From a virus (taxonomy: Duplodnaviria > Caudoviricetes): a stretch of DNA of 54,279 nucleotides. This document shows, piece by piece, positions 38,791 through 47,536 of the stretch. The stretch is taken from positions 1 to 54,279 of the IMG/VR virus record IMGVR_UViG_3300049892_000052. One strand, given 5' to 3'. Both the position numbers and the translations under genes were made by a program. The notes under the pieces were generated by a model, which was given only the letters and a program-made list of their open reading frames with translations, made no database searches and was not told the DNA's origin. How positions within the stretch are numbered: the stretch's first letter is position 1; every line of letters begins with the position of its first letter.

Positions 38791-38848
38791 GGTGATTCGG
38801 AATCCGTGTTCGGCTGAAGCGCCGACACGTTCCGTTCCTTCATTAGTA

Positions 38849-38877
38849 AGTATATGTCAACGAGAATCAGATGTCAA
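38849..38877 (-). promoter_or_regulatory. Sigma70 promoter
   Basis: TTGACA-17 nt-TATACT. Confidence 0.85.
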
Positions 38878-39562
38878 GAGAAATCTTCGCGTCAGCCGAA
38901 AATATTTTTGGGGACAGCGGCAACCCCAGTTCCGTCCAGAACGTCTTAGACACGTCCCATGCCATGGCACGCCAGCCGGGACGCTGCAAACGAATCAACT
39001 GGTCAGCACGTTTCAGTCGGTCGATCCACTCAGCGGGACCAAGTCCAAACGTTGTTTGCTGCCCAAACTGCTCGACCCAATGATAGTCCAGTTCAGGACG
39101 CGGAACAAGGAACAGAATCGCCGCCAAATCTAATGGCAAATCCCGATTGATGACCATCTGGAGACATTCGGGGATCGACGCCCGCGTAGTCCCCTGCCAC
39201 TCCCCGTAGAGCCACGCATCAAGATCGAGTGTCCGTAGGGACTTCGCTAACTCATAGAGATCGTGTTCCAGCAGCGTCTTGCCGTTCTCAGCGCGGGATG
39301 CAAACGCTATCGCGTCCGCAAACGCATCTGGCGTCACCAAGTCCGTCAGGTACGCATTGGGCTTGTAGAAGTAGGCGAGGGTAAAGAGCGCGTGAATCTG
39401 CGCGTCCGTGAGCTTCTGGCTGATGCGGTAGTAGAAGCGCCGGTCGGGTTGGTTGATCAACGGAGGGGTGGGCATCCCACCCTTGTATTTCGTGAAGTCG
39501 AACTTCCCCTGATAGTAGAATTTGTAAGCCCGGGAAAACTTGAACGTCTGCTCGGCAGTCAT
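38867..39562 (-). CDS. gp59: Helicase loader gp59-like
   Basis: FDFTKYKG...DRRFYYRISQK; gp33-gp59-gp32 synteny. Confidence 0.75.
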   Translation of the reverse strand: MTAEQTFKFSRAYKFYYQGKFDFTKYKGGMPTPPLINQPDRRFYYRISQKLTDAQIHALFTLAYFYKPNAYLTDLVTPDAFADAIAFASRAENGKTLLEHDLYELAKSLRTLDLDAWLYGEWQGTTRASIPECLQMVINRDLPLDLAAILFLVPRPELDYHWVEQFGQQTTFGLGPAEWIDRLKRADQLIRLQRPGWRAMAWDVSKTFWTELGLPLSPKIFSADAKISLDI

Positions 39563-39759
39563 GGACGAATCTTCTTGAAGCGCGCCGGCGCGGGTTTGGG
39601 AACGTCCTCAGGTTCCGGCAATTCGCGGTCGTCATCGGCCACCACATACGTATAGGATATCCAACCATTAGTAATCGGGCCGGGGCTCGCTAACGTGTTC
39701 ATCAGACAACTACTCGCATATGGCGCAACCGTGGGCCAAGTCAATGTCGTGGGCTTCAT
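39559..39759 (-). CDS. Hypothetical protein
   Basis: 66 aa, ATGA-coupled on both sides, ends RFKKIRP. Confidence 0.6.
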   Translation of the reverse strand: MKPTTLTWPTVAPYASSCLMNTLASPGPITNGWISYTYVVADDDRELPEPEDVPKPAPARFKKIRP

Positions 39760-40247
39760 GGTTTGATCTTCTTGAACCGCTTCTTCTCCGCCGGCGGCTC
39801 CTTGATGTGCTTGAACTCTTTGGGTTCCGGCTCAGGGTCGGGATCGCGACGCACTTTGACCCGAGTCGTGTATGTCGGGGAGTATGTCGGTTTGATATTG
39901 CAGGACGGACAGAGCTTCGTCCCCCCGTAGAACGGCACCCCACACTGCGGACACCATTGCCCGCGGCCGCTTCCGGGGTTGCCCGTGCCGTTCAGAATGC
40001 CTTGGACCGAATCGGGGAACTCGCTGATATCGGGGAGCTTTGTCTGCGTCCGCACGAGTTCCTGCCACAATTCCCACGAATCGGGGCGATCCCAAAAGCG
40101 TTTCGTAATGAGGTATTTGGGGTCGACGGACCCCTTGATTTGATGACCAGAAACCACATAGATGACGTCCGCAATCGTCAGATGGGCCGTGGTCATCGCT
40201 TGCTGCGCGTCCCCGGCGTCCCGCGCAAAGATATACGTCTGACTCAT
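39756..40247 (-). CDS. Hypothetical protein with a zinc ribbon
   Basis: CPQCG...CPSC; ends RFKKIKP. Confidence 0.7.
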   Translation of the reverse strand: MSQTYIFARDAGDAQQAMTTAHLTIADVIYVVSGHQIKGSVDPKYLITKRFWDRPDSWELWQELVRTQTKLPDISEFPDSVQGILNGTGNPGSGRGQWCPQCGVPFYGGTKLCPSCNIKPTYSPTYTTRVKVRRDPDPEPEPKEFKHIKEPPAEKKRFKKIKP

Positions 40248-40251
40248 GGGG

Positions 40252-40482
40252 TTAGTCGTCGAGTGGTAACTCGCGACGGGGATGGAGCAAATGGAGATCG
40301 ACGCCTTCTTTGGCCATAGCCGTCTTCATTTTGGTCGAAAGGTAGGGCACCACCGCTTCGGGTTCTAACCGTCGCTTCTCGCAAAAGTCCAAGACGGCCT
40401 CGATGTAGGTCATCTTCTGGTCGTGGACCATGCGCTCGATGTGCTTAGCAAAGGACTCGGAGTTGTTTGCGGACAGGCTCAT
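40252..40482 (-). CDS. gp33: Late transcription coactivator gp33
   Basis: FAKHIERMV...TYIEAVLDFCE...LSTKMK...LPL. Confidence 0.88.
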   Translation of the reverse strand: MSLSANNSESFAKHIERMVHDQKMTYIEAVLDFCEKRRLEPEAVVPYLSTKMKTAMAKEGVDLHLLHPRRELPLDD

Positions 40483-40486
40483 AATT

Positions 40487-40783
40487 ATGGTGCTGGTTTG
40501 GTTGATCGAGGAGGGCCAGCGTCCTCTATTCCATTCGGTTCTGTTGCCCGGTCCCTATGGACACGACCGCGCCAACCCCTTACGGAGTCAGCAGAGCAGC
40601 CTTACGCTGCCATTGCGAGTTGGTTATCAACTCTGTTTGTTCTGTTTAACGTCAGCACTTGACGGTCATCTCCCTGTTCGTTGCAACGTCCCTGTCGAAA
40701 CCGGACGCCCCCTCAAGTTGGTGGAGGCGGGGAGAGTCGAACTCCCGTCCAGAAACGCCATTGAACAGATCATCAATGGACAC
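40487..40783 (-). ncRNA. ssrA: Circularly permuted (two-piece) tmRNA
   Basis: The T-arm/acceptor 3' strand GGACGGGAGTTCGACTCTCCCCGCCTCCACCA (ends 40719) precedes the 5' strand GGGGGCGTCCGGTTTCGAC (starts 40712). G3:U70 pair; tag frame ...VDNQLAMAA-stop. Outer ends approximate. Confidence 0.9.
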
Positions 40784-40788
40784 CAGTA

Positions 40789-40817
40789 AGTATATCACAC
40801 GCGGGGAGAAGCGTCAA
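40789..40817 (-). promoter_or_regulatory. Sigma70 promoter of the tmRNA
   Basis: TTGACG-17 nt-TATACT with extended TG. Confidence 0.85.
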
Positions 40818-41052
40818 GGACTAACGCCCGCTTGAACGCTTTCGCGGCCTTGAGCATCGCGGCGTGGGTCGTATCGGTGATTTCCTCACCGGCAAAGACG
40901 TCCCCGTTGTGCGGGTGCGTTTCTGCCACGTGGAGCTTCCCGTTTACCTCAATCGCGCAGTCTACCAACCCGTTGAGATACGCCAAGAAGATGCGGCGCA
41001 CTTCATCGTGCCCGAGTTGTACGGGAATGGTTGTCGTCGTATGGATAATCAC
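40795..41052 (-). CDS. Hypothetical protein
   Basis: 85 aa, GTGA-coupled to the exonuclease stop. Confidence 0.6.
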   Translation of the reverse strand: MIIHTTTTIPVQLGHDEVRRIFLAYLNGLVDCAIEVNGKLHVAETHPHNGDVFAGEEITDTTHAAMLKAAKAFKRALVLDASPRV

Positions 41053-41738
41053 ACAGTCACCTCGTCAATAGCATAGGTCTCATAGTATTCGTCGATGCGA
41101 CGTCGAAGCTCATCGAAATGCTTCATCGCGGGACACTCAAAGACTTGAACGCCGCCGGGATGAACGATGGGCAGGACAATGTTCTTTACTTTCAGTCCCG
41201 TCAACTCGTATGTGGCACACGCATAGAACGTGCCTTGCAGAAAGTAGTCCTCCACGTAGGCGTCGATCTTGGGACGGGCCGACGTTTTGACATCAAGGAC
41301 CGTTAGGGCGAAGTCGGCTTCTGCCAGTAAGTCCATGCGGCCCGCGACTTTCAAGCGATCCGAATAGACGTCTTGCTCCTGTGCATAGACCGTCTGCACG
41401 TGGTTACTCAGCCACGGGCGAAGATGTTGCCAGAGTTCTGCCACAGAGGCAGAGTATTGGGGGAGGTCGAGATTCCCGAGGAAGCATTCCGTGAGCTTGT
41501 GGATGCTTGACCCTTGGGTCGTAGCGCGGACGCTTACCCGAGCAGCCTCAGCAGCGCCAACACGCTTCTTCCATGCGTCCAGTCCAGGCTTTGGACGGGC
41601 CGCAAGGATGCGTGTAATGGACGGGTAGACGTTGTTTGCTTGGGGACCGGTAACGACGTGATAGACGCGACCGATGCTCGTATTAGACTGCCGCAATTTG
41701 GGAAAGGGCAGAGGTTCCGCGTATTGTGCAAACGACAT
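41049..41738 (-). CDS. PD-(D/E)XK exonuclease, T4-like phage family
   Basis: YPSITRIL, WKKRVG, GSSIH, AGRMD, DVKTS, YFLQ...YA. Confidence 0.85.
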   Translation of the reverse strand: MSFAQYAEPLPFPKLRQSNTSIGRVYHVVTGPQANNVYPSITRILAARPKPGLDAWKKRVGAAEAARVSVRATTQGSSIHKLTECFLGNLDLPQYSASVAELWQHLRPWLSNHVQTVYAQEQDVYSDRLKVAGRMDLLAEADFALTVLDVKTSARPKIDAYVEDYFLQGTFYACATYELTGLKVKNIVLPIVHPGGVQVFECPAMKHFDELRRRIDEYYETYAIDEVTV

Positions 41739-41744
41739 GCAGTG

Positions 41745-41773
41745 AGTATAGCACGACCCCCATCGGGAGTCAA
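41745..41773 (-). promoter_or_regulatory. Sigma70 promoter with leaderless geometry
   Basis: TTGACT-17 nt-TATACT-6 nt-ATG. Confidence 0.85.
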
Positions 41774-41776
41774 GTC

Positions 41777-42028
41777 CTATCGGGCGTTGATGGTACTGTG
41801 CCGATGCTTGGACTTCATGTTCTTGAGGAGGTCGTTGAAGCCGTCGGAGTGCTTGAGGCGTTCCACGCTGTAGGCCAAACCAAACGTACTGGGGAGGTAA
41901 CGTTCCACGACATCCGTGGCGCCACAGACGATGCAGGGTTCCTTCAGCGGTTCATCGCGCTCCACAATGAGCTTCTTATCTTCCCACGCGGTCCCACAGG
42001 TCAAGCAACGGTAGTCATACAGGGGCAT
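41777..42028 (-). CDS. FmdB-family zinc ribbon protein
   Basis: MPLYDYRCLTCG...PCIVCG...DGFNDLL. Confidence 0.8.
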   Translation of the reverse strand: MPLYDYRCLTCGTAWEDKKLIVERDEPLKEPCIVCGATDVVERYLPSTFGLAYSVERLKHSDGFNDLLKNMKSKHRHSTINAR

Positions 42029-42030
42029 AC

Positions 42031-42315
42031 TCACACCTCACGAATGTCGTACTTCAAATGCGCGACGCCACGCTGTTCGTGGTCCGCCGTGTAGTAGTGC
42101 TGGCGTTGCGGCCACGACACGACAATCGCCGGCTCGTGTGTGCGCTCGTTATACTTCCGAGCGGCGACTCTCGCGGCAATGACGTTTGGCAACTTCTCGA
42201 TGACGGTCGCGTGTCCCCCGCGTTCTGCAATCACCGCAAACTGGTAGCCGGCGGGGAACTCAAACCGCTCAAAGAGAATGGACTTGATCGACGCAAGGAG
42301 CGACTGGTAATTCAT
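42031..42315 (-). CDS. Hypothetical protein
   Basis: 94 aa; CTAAATA (42324-42330) lies 8 nt upstream. Confidence 0.6.
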   Translation of the reverse strand: MNYQSLLASIKSILFERFEFPAGYQFAVIAERGGHATVIEKLPNVIAARVAARKYNERTHEPAIVVSWPQRQHYYTADHEQRGVAHLKYDIREV

Positions 42316-42326
42316 CTGACCAGTAT

Positions 42327-42515
42327 TTAGAAGTCCTGCTCATCATAGTCGTCAAACAAGTCCTTGTCTTGGTGACGGGTCGCCCAGCGCAGCACGTCTT
42401 TGATCCGCCGTTCCGTGGGGAGCTTCGCGTCCCGGGTGTCCGTTTGTTCTGGTCGCTTCCCCTTCGGCGGCTTCGGGGCACTCTGCTTCGGGCCGTGTCG
42501 GTAATCTCGTGACAC
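42327..42515 (-). CDS. Hypothetical protein (basic N-terminus, acidic C-terminus)
   Basis: 62 aa, AGGAG SD before GTG. Confidence 0.6.
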   Translation of the reverse strand: MSRDYRHGPKQSAPKPPKGKRPEQTDTRDAKLPTERRIKDVLRWATRHQDKDLFDDYDEQDF

Positions 42516-42523
42516 AACGACTC

Positions 42524-42991
42524 CTATGGACGGAGATACTTTCCGTCGAAGTGCGACGTCAACAGACCAGGAAAGGTCTCATCAATGAGCTTCTTCGTGC
42601 AGCCGTACTTCTTGGCAAACGTCTTGTCCTTGATGGCGATCACCAAGTCCACTTCCTCAGGCTCTAAGTCTCGCAGCATCGATGTGAATCGCTGCTCCCG
42701 CTGCAACTGCCGCATCCCTGGCTCCTGTCCGTCAAGGAACAAATAGAACCAGCGGAGTTCGTGAGTAATGTCCGTGGGCGCCGTGCCCGGACGTCCATTG
42801 CGCCCTTCCCGCCGCTTGAACGGCGGCTCGCCTTCCGGCAGCGCCCACTTCACTTGCGGCAGCAGCGCCAACTGAAGCAGATAGAACACGCGCCGTTCGG
42901 CGTGCTGTCGGAGCCATGCCGTCTTTTCGGCGCTCTTGGTTTTCTTGGACAGTTCGACAAATATCTCACCGAGTGATAGATCACGCGCCAT
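42524..42991 (-). CDS. Conserved T4-like phage hypothetical protein
   Basis: WALPEGEPPF, QREQRF..ML, IAIKDK, TFPGLL. Confidence 0.75.
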   Translation of the reverse strand: MARDLSLGEIFVELSKKTKSAEKTAWLRQHAERRVFYLLQLALLPQVKWALPEGEPPFKRREGRNGRPGTAPTDITHELRWFYLFLDGQEPGMRQLQREQRFTSMLRDLEPEEVDLVIAIKDKTFAKKYGCTKKLIDETFPGLLTSHFDGKYLRP

Positions 42992-43292
42992 TGGGGGTCT
43001 CTCCTGTAGTCACTTCCGCAAACATCGATGGGGTCGGAGCGAAGGGCTTCGACGCCGTAATCCGCAAACAAATGGTCCGCAGCCGTTGAACGACTTGCAC
43101 CATGAGCTTCTCACACTCGGGGTCCCACGTTGGGGACTCCTTGTAGCGCACGGTCAAGTCACGGACGGCATTCAACGCATACTCATACTCACGCTGATAA
43201 CGTTCTTGGGGCGTCAGTTCCGTTTGGGGTTCCGCGGCCGCGGCCGCTTCCAGACGCTCCCAACGGGTTTGAAACGGGAGGATTTTCGCCAT
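42981..43292 (-). CDS. Hypothetical protein
   Basis: Start moved to MAKILPF (TAATG overlap). Confidence 0.6.
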   Translation of the reverse strand: MAKILPFQTRWERLEAAAAAEPQTELTPQERYQREYEYALNAVRDLTVRYKESPTWDPECEKLMVQVVQRLRTICLRITASKPFAPTPSMFAEVTTGETPNGA

Positions 43293-44254
43293 TAGCCAAT
43301 CACCAGCATTTCGGGGGCCGGCGTGCCTTCTCTGATCACCTGTTCCAGCAAGGATTTCCACACGGGCGCCCGACGTTCAAACGAGTAGAACGCTTGGTAG
43401 TATCCCGACTGCACGGGCAACAACGACTGCACATACTCAGACGAATACTTCTCCAGTGCCAGCGTCATGCTGTTGTAGGTCGCGGCCGCCATCTCGTTCA
43501 TGTTCTCCGTGAACGGGAACATCCACGCCCATTCTCCGCACGTTTCGGGCAGCGCCCCCAGTCCACTCGTAATGACCAAACATCCCGCCATCATCGCTTC
43601 TTGGATCGCCATGCACGACATTTCCGAATAGATGGACGGATAGACGAACACATGCGCGTCCAGCACCGCCTGACGAATCTCGGCGTTCGGGACGGACCCG
43701 TGGTAGACGACGCACGGATTCTTCTTCAGTTGGGCGTAAAGTTCGTCGAACTGATGGTCCGCGTCGTGCCAGCCATAGATGTTCAGGGACGAATAGACGT
43801 GGAGTTCCCAGTCCTGTCGTTCCTTGGCCAGATGCTCGGCAGCCGCGGCCAACACCGCGAGTCCCCGATGTGGCGTGGACGTGTAGATGAACTTCAGCTT
43901 GCCATTCGGAATCGGCTTCGGGAACGTCGGCGTCAGCAGCGGGACGGAGTTTTTAATGACGACACCTTCGCTGTAGGGGATGCCCACGTAGATGTTGTAT
44001 TCATACTGCTGCCGATGGGAGCAGAATACGAGCTTGTTGAAGTTCTTGCGATACGCGGGGTCCTTCAAACACTCGCTCTCCGGGTCCTGCGCGGTATCCT
44101 GCAAGTAGAGGATGCGTGGCTTATCGAGCAGTTCGACCTGCTTCGGTCGGGATAAGACAAACTGAACCTGCGAAACCAACTCAGGGAACGCTCGCTGAAT
44201 GTTCGCAAAATGCAACTCAGTGCCACCCATAGGGGCGCTATTCGGTACCGTCAT
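43292..44254 (-). CDS. Glycosyltransferase, family 4 (GT-B)
   Basis: GGTE, FIYTSTPHRGL, FVYPSIYSEMSCMAIQEAMMAG, GALPET. Start moved to MTVPN. Confidence 0.88.
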   Translation of the reverse strand: MTVPNSAPMGGTELHFANIQRAFPELVSQVQFVLSRPKQVELLDKPRILYLQDTAQDPESECLKDPAYRKNFNKLVFCSHRQQYEYNIYVGIPYSEGVVIKNSVPLLTPTFPKPIPNGKLKFIYTSTPHRGLAVLAAAAEHLAKERQDWELHVYSSLNIYGWHDADHQFDELYAQLKKNPCVVYHGSVPNAEIRQAVLDAHVFVYPSIYSEMSCMAIQEAMMAGCLVITSGLGALPETCGEWAWMFPFTENMNEMAAATYNSMTLALEKYSSEYVQSLLPVQSGYYQAFYSFERRAPVWKSLLEQVIREGTPAPEMLVIG

Positions 44255-44769
44255 TTCGTCACCTCGTATCCATACTCGCGGAGAAAATCCACACACCACG
44301 CCAGTTTATCTTCTACTCGTTGCCCCTTTGGCTGGCGATGCGACCAAAGTTCCAAGTTCTCAATGCGGTTGTCATTACGTATTCCGTTCTTATGATGGAC
44401 CGTTTCCCCGTCACGCAACGGACGACCAAGGTGTCGGGCCATTACCACCGTATGTTCCAACGGAGCGTTAGGGAATGTCGCGCCGGGGTACTCGACGTTG
44501 CTGAGCCTCACATACCCGTCATTACCCATTCCATGTTTCCATCGCCCGTTGAGAGGGCCGCGCCGGGCTCGTCGTTGCTCGTCAACGATACATCCACAAC
44601 TGCGAGTGCCACCTTCACGCAACGCTTGCCCTGCCAATACCTTTTCCGTCCCACAGTCGCACCTAACAAGCCAGTATGCTCCGTACCCGGATGCACCTTC
44701 GGGTTTCGACCGGTGTTCTATCACCACAAGCCTACCAAACCGTTGTCCAGTTTTGTCTTTATACCACAT
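44251..44769 (-). CDS. HNH homing endonuclease
   Basis: DKTGQRFGRLVV, CDCG, SCGC, VHHKNGIRNDNRIENL. Late box at 44787-44793. Confidence 0.88.
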   Translation of the reverse strand: MWYKDKTGQRFGRLVVIEHRSKPEGASGYGAYWLVRCDCGTEKVLAGQALREGGTRSCGCIVDEQRRARRGPLNGRWKHGMGNDGYVRLSNVEYPGATFPNAPLEHTVVMARHLGRPLRDGETVHHKNGIRNDNRIENLELWSHRQPKGQRVEDKLAWCVDFLREYGYEVTK

Positions 44770-44822
44770 ACAAGCAACCTCACTTGTATTTAGTAAACGT
44801 GAACTTGCAACTGGACGTGTAC

Positions 44823-46295
44823 TCACAACTGCTTCGTCGTGCGGAAGATGTTGGCCGGCAACCCCTGCCCCATCGAATGCTCAAAGCGGAGTGCTGGTTG
44901 CCCCGCGTAGAATGGAATGTTCAACTGCGCTCGGACCGTCTTTTCCACCGCATCCCGCGCAAAGACAAGGGACTGCGGTCCGAGATAGTCTGTATAGACG
45001 TAGGCTTTGTAGCCGCCATCAGGATCGCCCTTGTAGTAGTCCGCAACCTCGTTGTAGTCGATGTCGTATTGATACAGCGCGTCCCCGCTCGGGGCGCGAT
45101 AGGTCCAGATGCCCTTCGAATGCTCCCGCGCATCGTCGTAGTAGGGAGACCCCGGGTACGCCGTGATGATTGTCAGGTCGAAGTCGGCGGGTCGGACTTG
45201 GAGCAGCCACGCTTGCGTGTCGTCAATAGTCTCAGCGGACTCACCCGGGTGTCCAATGGACATGAGCGCCTTGACCTTCAGTCCCGCAGCCGTGGCCGTG
45301 TCCATGCAGCGTGTATTGTCATCCCGCGTGGCTTTCTTGTTGATGTTCTTGAGGATCGTCGGAGAGCCGGACTCAAAGCCCGTGAGCAGCCATCGGAACC
45401 CCGCGCTATACATCGCTTTCGCCTGCACGGGATTAAAGAGTTCCGACTTGACGAAACCCCGCAGACGGAACTCCACGCCGAGCTTCATCTGGAGGTCCGT
45501 GATGGCATTCATCAGCCCCACGACTTGCGTATTGACATTCAACTCGTCGTCCAAGAACATGAAGCCCTTGAAACCATACGTGTCGTAGAGGTGCTTGATT
45601 TCCGCGATGATCGATTCCGTGGGGCGCGTCCGCAGACGTCGCAGTGACGGGGAGTTGCGTCCCCCGCAGAAGCCACACTCAAACGGACAGCCTAACTGCG
45701 CGATCATACTCGTGGCGGGAACGCCATCAATCGTGTAATGGTAGCTTTTCACATCCACGAGATGCCGTGCGGGCAACGGGAGTTCCGTGAGTTGTTGGTT
45801 GGTCAGGAACAGCTTGCCCTTCGGATCGTCCGCGTCAATGACCGCCGGCGCGAAGGGCTCAATCGCCTGGAAGATCGCTCGTTCTCCATCCCCGGCGACG
45901 ACCGTATTGAATTGCGCCGTCAGTTGCGCGAACGCCCGGGCAGCCCGACCTGTATAGCCCGACACTTGCTCTCGCTTGTACGCGGTATGCACCAGCGTGG
46001 CGTGGGGGCCGCCGAGAATGATGCGAACGTTGGGATTCGTGCGAAGGACGCGGACGACTTTGGCGACCGCGGGCATTTGTGGCGTCGTCGCGGTGATGCC
46101 ATAGACGCGGGCGCGACTGTCGCTCATATGGGTCGCGACGGCTTCTTCAAAGTTTTCCACACCCGAGAGATCGAGCATTTCGACGCGATGCCCGGCCGCT
46201 TCAAGGACCGCAGCGACTTTGAGAATGCCAAGACTGATGAAGACCCGCTCATCGAGCAGGAAGATGGAAGGCGGCGTGATCAGGCAGATGTCCAT
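44823..46295 (-). CDS. Cobalamin-binding radical SAM enzyme (class B methyltransferase-like)
   Basis: SLGILKVAAVL, ILGGPHAT, GDGE, GCPFECGFC (CxxxCxxC), FLDDE, GFESGS. Confidence 0.9.
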   Translation of the reverse strand: MDICLITPPSIFLLDERVFISLGILKVAAVLEAAGHRVEMLDLSGVENFEEAVATHMSDSRARVYGITATTPQMPAVAKVVRVLRTNPNVRIILGGPHATLVHTAYKREQVSGYTGRAARAFAQLTAQFNTVVAGDGERAIFQAIEPFAPAVIDADDPKGKLFLTNQQLTELPLPARHLVDVKSYHYTIDGVPATSMIAQLGCPFECGFCGGRNSPSLRRLRTRPTESIIAEIKHLYDTYGFKGFMFLDDELNVNTQVVGLMNAITDLQMKLGVEFRLRGFVKSELFNPVQAKAMYSAGFRWLLTGFESGSPTILKNINKKATRDDNTRCMDTATAAGLKVKALMSIGHPGESAETIDDTQAWLLQVRPADFDLTIITAYPGSPYYDDAREHSKGIWTYRAPSGDALYQYDIDYNEVADYYKGDPDGGYKAYVYTDYLGPQSLVFARDAVEKTVRAQLNIPFYAGQPALRFEHSMGQGLPANIFRTTKQL

Positions 46296-46310
46296 AATGT
46301 CTGCTATTAC

Positions 46311-46499
46311 TTAGCGGCCGGGATAGTCGTTCTTGTGGAAGCCGCGTCCCTTCAAGATGAAGGAACTGGTCGACGGCTGCTTCTCCGCCCGACACGCGCA
46401 TTGCGGGCAGAACACGGCCGTCTTGATATCCGGGTAGTCCTTGTAGAGCAGTTCGAACTGATGCTCACAGGAGGGGCAACGAAATTCATAGATGGGCAT
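46311..46499 (-). CDS. FmdB-family zinc ribbon protein
   Basis: MPIYEFRCPSC...CPQC...FILKGRGFHKNDY. Confidence 0.85.
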   Translation of the reverse strand: MPIYEFRCPSCEHQFELLYKDYPDIKTAVFCPQCACRAEKQPSTSSFILKGRGFHKNDYPGR

Positions 46500-46501
46500 G
46501 A

Positions 46502-47107
46502 TTACTTGGGTTGTCCTAACATGATTTTAGTGTGTCGTTGGCCAAACAGATCACGAGTGTAGAAGCCGTCGTAGCCGGGATACTTGTTATCGGGGTTCTT
46601 GCCGTACCACGTCACAGGCTTGCCGAGAACGCGCTCGACCTCCTCTTGCGTGTGAACGTAGGGGACGTGGTAGCGCGTCAACATGATGTGCATGATCGCG
46701 AAGGAGACCTCACAATAGTTGCCGGGGGTGTGCAGCAGTGTTTGGAAGTTGTCAAGAAAGGCGCGCTTGGCTGCCACAGACCCATCGGACGCAAACCCCG
46801 TCCACTTGAGCCCGTGCGAGGTGTCCTTGCCGAACTTGACCGCATCGGGGTCTTTGTCGCCGTCCACGTCGAGTCCGTACCACACGGTATGGTTCGCGGG
46901 AATGTCTGACGCTTTCTGGAAATCGGGGTAGCCCCCAATATACGCATAGGACGCGGACAGGAGGTCGAACAGTTCGGTGTCGATATTGGGGGAGGGTTCG
47001 TGCTGGGCTTTCGTCAGCACCGAGGTCGGAATCTTCTGCCACTGGCCCGTCTTGGGACGGAGATCGGCAAACTGCGTTTCCGTGAGCCAATGGAGAAAGG
47101 AGTACAT
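46502..47107 (-). CDS. Hypothetical late protein
   Basis: Start moved to MYSFLHW, 5 nt after CTAAATA (47113-47119). Confidence 0.7.
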   Translation of the reverse strand: MYSFLHWLTETQFADLRPKTGQWQKIPTSVLTKAQHEPSPNIDTELFDLLSASYAYIGGYPDFQKASDIPANHTVWYGLDVDGDKDPDAVKFGKDTSHGLKWTGFASDGSVAAKRAFLDNFQTLLHTPGNYCEVSFAIMHIMLTRYHVPYVHTQEEVERVLGKPVTWYGKNPDNKYPGYDGFYTRDLFGQRHTKIMLGQPK

Positions 47108-47115
47108 ACAAGTAT

Positions 47116-47451
47116 TTAGGGAGCGTCGGGAAGCTCTGCGCCGACCCACAAATACGCCATGTCTTTGAGCTTGCGGTCGAGATGTGAGTACGTATCCGCG
47201 CCCACTTCACAGACCCATACGGGCTTGTCTGTCGGCGGGAGTCGCCGGCGCAAACTCTCCGTCATGAGGACCACAACGTCCGCCCAGTCAATGAGCATCT
47301 GGGCCGTCGCTCGGGTGTTCCAGCCAAGTCCCGCCGCCAGTGCGTCGATCTTCCGTCGCTTCAGCACGTAGGCGAGTCCCACAGAGCGACTATTCCCACC
47401 CATACAAAATACGACGACTTTCTTCCCTTGCAGCGCGTCGAGTCGGGTCAT
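47116..47451 (-). CDS. Low-molecular-weight phosphatase / arsenate reductase-like protein
   Basis: VVVFCMGGNSRS (CX5R), IDWADVVV. Confidence 0.75.
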   Translation of the reverse strand: MTRLDALQGKKVVVFCMGGNSRSVGLAYVLKRRKIDALAAGLGWNTRATAQMLIDWADVVVLMTESLRRRLPPTDKPVWVCEVGADTYSHLDRKLKDMAYLWVGAELPDAP

Positions 47452-47455
47452 AAGA

Positions 47456-47529
47456 TGGCTACCTCGGGTGGATTCGAACCACCATTCTCGCGGTCAGAGC
47501 GCGATGTCCTACCGTTGAACGACAAGGCA
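47456..47529 (-). tRNA. tRNA-Gln(CTG)
   Basis: Cloverleaf, loop CT CTG AC, encoded CCA. Confidence 0.9.
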
Positions 47530-47536
47530 ACAAAGA

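Noticed and set aside
40719-40750. Ordinary tRNA fragment or attP at the CCA-bearing T-arm
   Set aside because: It is explained by the permuted tmRNA, whose 5' acceptor strand and tag frame follow; no integrase is nearby.
41049-41738. Cas4 as part of a CRISPR system
   Set aside because: It lacks Fe-S cysteines and CRISPR context; it matches the common T4-like exonuclease.
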